Made by a program: the position numbers and the translations under genes. Below are positions 33,235 to 35,820 of a stretch of 35,820 nucleotides of DNA, piece by piece. The DNA is from a bacterium (GTDB lineage Bacteria > Eisenbacteria > RBG-16-71-46): the NCBI GenBank assembly GCA_043779265.1, contig JAYWEM010000137.1:1-35820 (forward strand). Direction: 5' to 3'. Under the pieces are notes generated by a model, which saw nothing but the letters and a program-made list of their open reading frames with translations, was not told the DNA's origin and ran no database searches. Numbering within the stretch: the stretch's first letter is position 1; each line of letters opens with the position of its first letter.

Positions 33235-35511
33235 ATGACCAGCACCTATCAGTGGCTCGCGACTTTGAATCTCGTGCTGGGCGGCCTGGTATTCCTGCTC
33301 GGGCTCGTGATCCTGCGCGAGAATCCGCGTCAGCGCCTGAACCAAGTCGTTTCGCTGATGCTCTTCTTCGGCGGCTTCGGCGCGGTCCTCTCCGCGCTCG
33401 CGTTACTCGTGCCGGCCAAAGTGGATGCTCCCGGGCTCCAGGGGAATGTCGCCTACCTCTGGCAGTTGTTCTTCCCGACCGCCTTCCTCCTCGCGAGCAT
33501 CTTCCCCGAGGAACGCGCGTTCACCCATCGCATGACGCTGCCGAACGGCTGGCGGAGCCCGAGTTTCCTGGTGCTGATCTACGCGCCCCACGTCTTCCAC
33601 TTCGCGCTCGTCATGGGGACGTCCTTCCTGCCGCAGTCCAATACGCTCGAACTTCCGGGCCCGGCGCTGGTGCGGGGTGTGCTCGAGATCGGGACGGTCG
33701 TGGCGAGGCTGTTCCTGTCCATACATCAGGCGCTCTTCTCGCTGGTCGATCTCGGCTTCGGTGCCGGCGCGGTCTTGCTGCTGCTCGACTCCTGGCGGCG
33801 CGCGCAGGTGCCGCGCATCCGGCAGCAGGTGGCGGCCATCAGCGGTGGACTCGTCGCATGTCTCGTCCTCTACGCCTCGGCGACTTCGGTGCCGACCCTG
33901 TTCGGACGCCCACTCGATCGGGGCCACCAGGCGGCATTGACGACCGCGGCTCTGATCCTGGGTTCCGGGGCGATCGCCTACGCGATGGTCCGCTACAAGT
34001 TCCTCGACGCGAAGCTCATCGCGCGTCGGGGCATCCTCTACGCCCTGGCGAGTGCCGTGCTCATCGGCGTCTACCTGCTGGTCGTCGAGCGCGTGAACCA
34101 GCTCGTGTCGCAGTCCTTCGGGATCGATGCCCGTGTCGTCGAACCCGTGCTGCTCATCATGGCGCTGACCCTGTTCCAGCCGGCCATCTCCCGGCTCGAG
34201 GAGGCGCTCGACAAGATGTTCCTCCGCGACCCGGGCGACTACCGCAACGTGCTGCGGCAGCTGGGCCAGGACCTTCAGACCACGATCGATCTCGAGGACC
34301 TGACCAGTCGCTCGATCCGCACGCTCACCGAGGCGATGCTGCTTCGCAGTGGTTCGATCATCGCGCTGACGCAGGATGGTCCGTTGGTGCGCACCGGAGC
34401 GGGCCCCGAGCTGACGCCCGAGCAGGTCGAGGGCATCCGCCAGTTCCTGCCCAGGCTCTCGAGCCAGGCAGCCAGTTTCCGCATGACCGACCCGGTCGAT
34501 GGGCTGAGGCGCCGCGACCGCGAACTGCTCGTGCGCGAGCTCGGGGTCGCGATCCTGGTGCCGCTTCGCTGGCGAGGTGAGAACCTGGGCGTCGTGCTGT
34601 TGGGCGAGAAGCTGACCGGCACCCAGTACACGTCGGAGGACGTCTCGCTGCTCAATGCGCTCGGCTCTCAGATGGGGGTCTCGCTCCAGAACGCACTGCT
34701 CCTGCGGGACCGCCTGAGCGTCGCGCGGCTCGAGGAGGAACTGTCGCTCGCGCAGAAGATCCAGCAGACGTTCCTCCAGACCGAGCTCCCGCCGCTGCCT
34801 CGCTGCGAGGTCCATGCGGTGAATCTGCCCTCGCGTCAGGTGGGCGGGGACTACTACGACATCGTCATGTGCGAGGACGGTTCGTTCTTCATCGCGATCG
34901 CCGACGTCGCGGGCAAGGGTGTGCCGGCGGCGCTCAAGTCCTCGATGCTCCAGGCCGGGCTTCGTGCACTCGCGAGCCGCGAGCAGTCCGTCGCCGCGAT
35001 GTTGCGTGCGCTCAATGCGGTCATCTATCGCAGCACGGCTGTGCATCAGTTCGTCACCATGTTCCTCGCCCATGTCGATGCCAGCGGGAAGCGGCTCCGC
35101 TACTCGAACGCCGGCCACAACTATCCGGTGCTCGTGCGTCGGTCCGGCAAGCAGGAGACGCTTGAGACCGGCGGGCTGATCCTCGGCGTGCTGGAGGACG
35201 TGGCGCATGACGAGGGGAGCGTGACGCTCGAGGCCGGCGACCGGCTCGTGCTCTACACCGACGGCATCAGTGAGGCGGATGATGGCCGAGGGGATCTGTA
35301 TGGAGAGGAGCGACTCTCCAAGCTGCTCGCAGGCCTGGGTTCCGAGCTTGACGCCCGGGGCATCTCCCAGCGGATCCTCGATGCGGTCGAGCACCATCTC
35401 GGAGCCGAGGAGGCTCAGGATGACCGGACGCTCCTCGTGTTGCGCGTGCTCGATGCCGCAGAGGCGACGCTCGATGCTCCCGGGGAACCGCAGGCCGCGG
35501 ACGCTCGTTAA
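33235..35511 (+). CDS. Multi-pass membrane sensor with GAF and SpoIIE/RsbU-like PP2C phosphatase domains
   Basis: About 8 TM helices. LFQP...LDKMFLRD..DYR linker. GAF-like ILVPL...LGVVLLGEK...YTSED. Full PP2C set VGGDYYD, IADVAGKG, NAGHN, LYTDGISEA, QDDRT. Confidence 0.92.
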   Translation: MTSTYQWLATLNLVLGGLVFLLGLVILRENPRQRLNQVVSLMLFFGGFGAVLSALALLVPAKVDAPGLQGNVAYLWQLFFPTAFLLASIFPEERAFTHRMTLPNGWRSPSFLVLIYAPHVFHFALVMGTSFLPQSNTLELPGPALVRGVLEIGTVVARLFLSIHQALFSLVDLGFGAGAVLLLLDSWRRAQVPRIRQQVAAISGGLVACLVLYASATSVPTLFGRPLDRGHQAALTTAALILGSGAIAYAMVRYKFLDAKLIARRGILYALASAVLIGVYLLVVERVNQLVSQSFGIDARVVEPVLLIMALTLFQPAISRLEEALDKMFLRDPGDYRNVLRQLGQDLQTTIDLEDLTSRSIRTLTEAMLLRSGSIIALTQDGPLVRTGAGPELTPEQVEGIRQFLPRLSSQAASFRMTDPVDGLRRRDRELLVRELGVAILVPLRWRGENLGVVLLGEKLTGTQYTSEDVSLLNALGSQMGVSLQNALLLRDRLSVARLEEELSLAQKIQQTFLQTELPPLPRCEVHAVNLPSRQVGGDYYDIVMCEDGSFFIAIADVAGKGVPAALKSSMLQAGLRALASREQSVAAMLRALNAVIYRSTAVHQFVTMFLAHVDASGKRLRYSNAGHNYPVLVRRSGKQETLETGGLILGVLEDVAHDEGSVTLEAGDRLVLYTDGISEADDGRGDLYGEERLSKLLAGLGSELDARGISQRILDAVEHHLGAEEAQDDRTLLVLRVLDAAEATLDAPGEPQAADAR

Positions 35512-35820
35512 CGACGGCTCGGGGCGCTCGTGCCGACGGGCGCGGCCTCCAACTTGAGGATCCGGCCCGTGTGGTCGAGCACGTAGGGCTCGCCCGCCCC
35601 ATCCTCGCCGAACGAACTGACCTGCCCGAGCGACTCCACGTCCCAGCGGATGTGCTCCACGACGCGGCCTCGATCCAGCTTGATCGACTCGAGCCAGCCC
35701 GTGCAGTAGTCCGAGAACAGGTAGTGGCCCTGAAGTGCGGGCAAGGCGGAGCCTCGGTACACGATGCCGCCGGTGATCGAGCAGCCATCGCCTCGCCCAT
35801 ACTCGTGGACCGGGTTCGTC
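35508..35820 (-). CDS. PQQ-dependent glucose/sorbosone dehydrogenase family protein (C-terminal part, truncated by the window)
   Basis: PVHEYGRGDGCSITGGIVYRGSALPALQGHYLFSDYCTG and VSSFGEDGAGEPYV are typical of this family's C-terminus. Confidence 0.85.
   Translation of the reverse strand, partial: TNPVHEYGRGDGCSITGGIVYRGSALPALQGHYLFSDYCTGWLESIKLDRGRVVEHIRWDVESLGQVSSFGEDGAGEPYVLDHTGRILKLEAAPVGTSAPSRR

Noticed and set aside
33403..35397. 664-aa minus-strand ORF and the overlapping 642-aa plus-strand ORF at 32652-34580
   Set aside because: Shadow or alternative frames of the SpoIIE and S8 genes, with low-complexity Arg/Ala/Gly-rich translations.
1..35820. CRISPR arrays, tRNA/rRNA genes, transposases, integrases, reverse transcriptase or defence genes
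   Set aside because: Intergenic gaps are all short (at most about 220 nt), with no repeat-spacer pattern or cloverleaf seen, and no ORF carries such motifs. A small ncRNA cannot be excluded without a covariance-model search.

Overview
High-GC, gene-dense bacterial window with about 24 coding regions. I found no rRNA, tRNA, CRISPR array or mobile element by eye. TonB-dependent and beta-barrel outer-membrane proteins indicate a diderm. Secreted proteins ending in FlgD/T9SS-CTD-like tails, several SpoIIE phosphatases and a fused E1 suggest an FCB-adjacent lineage such as Ca. Eisenbacteria (inference only). Housekeeping and metabolic genes (pdxH, glutaryl-CoA-type dehydrogenase, ggt, fused 2-oxoacid dehydrogenase E1, penicillin-acylase family, ROK kinase, miaB, queF) alternate with envelope-signalling modules. 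Four observations stand out. (1) A LytS/LytTR + TPR + TonB-receptor operon whose kinase shares a clearly homologous 4-TM input domain with the adjacent SpoIIE phosphatase. (2) That phosphatase lacks about 48 residues, including the catalytic TDG motif. (3) A cupredoxin / sensor kinase / beta-barrel triad behind a possible sigma54 promoter. (4) An 865-codon secreted Kelch-like gene interrupted by two in-frame TGA codons. All calls come from motif recognition; no database searches were run.
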